A stretch of DNA of 64,000 bases, from NCBI RefSeq assembly GCF_018977255.1, contig NW_024704748.1, positions 20,336,001 to 20,400,000 of the forward strand, given 5' to 3'. This DNA comes from Callorhinchus milii. Taxonomy: Eukaryota. Below are positions 63,501 through 64,000 of this stretch, piece after piece (the stretch's first letter is position 1; each line of letters opens with the position of its first letter). Made by a program: the position numbers and the translations under genes. Under the pieces are notes generated by a model. That model was given only the letters and a program-made list of their open reading frames with translations. It did no database searches and was not told where the DNA came from.

Positions 63501-64000
63501 TTAAAATGCTGCTATTGATGCTCTGTCTTCAACAAGACAAGACAGAGCATCAGTAGAAGCATTTTGTAACAGAATTTTAATTCATGAAACATTTTAAATT
63601 GACAGAATATGTAGGATTCACATTATAAAGCATGAATAATAAATCCAGGCAGCTAGTTTAATGTAAAGAACATTCTGTTCACAATCCAGTGCACAGCACT
63701 TCAATTTTAGGTTTATCTGACAACCACTATTGAGATGAGTTTCATCTGTTCACAGATGATCGACTGCCTTCTAATAGGATAGAGCCTTACCTCATCGGAA
63801 GAAAATAGACCATACAGTTCGCATAGCAGTAAATGTGATCCAATAAACATGATGCAGCAGTATTCACAGCAGTCCTACAAATGTCTCTTGTCACAGAGCT
63901 TCACACTCTTGAATAAAGGAAGGTGAGAAGTGTAGCATGTACATTGTTCATGAGAATGTAACCTTCACCTCATTATAGTGCCTTAAACAGGCAATGCCTT

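Noticed and set aside
56659-64000. MARCHF5 RING-CH exon 2
   Set aside because: No matching Cys/His pattern was found; it presumably lies beyond the window

Overview
Eukaryotic (vertebrate) genomic DNA. The repeat content (L2, CR1, Penelope-like elements, tRNA-Ala/Deu-type SINEs) suggests a cartilaginous fish, but that is inference. The window holds three intron-containing genes in the conserved vertebrate order. (1) The 5' part of KIF11/Eg5 kinesin on the minus strand: 11 coding exons at 8039->898, running off the left edge, plus a probable non-coding first exon near 12015-12170 with a CDE/CHR-CCAAT cell-cycle promoter. (2) A complete IDE (insulin-degrading enzyme) gene on the plus strand, 14739-43592: 25 exons giving about 1007 aa, with an HFCEH zinc motif, a C-terminal AKL, and a duplicated mutually exclusive exon pair 15a/15b. 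(3) The 3' part of MARCHF5 on the minus strand: exons 3-6 at 56658->51883, with the RING-CH exon beyond the right edge. All exon boundaries were read manually from GT/GC-AG sites and reading phase. Most notable points: the IDE 15a/15b pair, an N-terminal extension plus uORF and G-rich 5'UTR in IDE, a GC-AG intron, a stop-free in-frame IDE intron, an extra KIF11 intron, candidate poison exons in MARCHF5, palindromic Penelope insertions carrying minimal hammerhead-ribozyme cores, and reciprocal SINE/L2 nesting. No prokaryotic-type systems are present.
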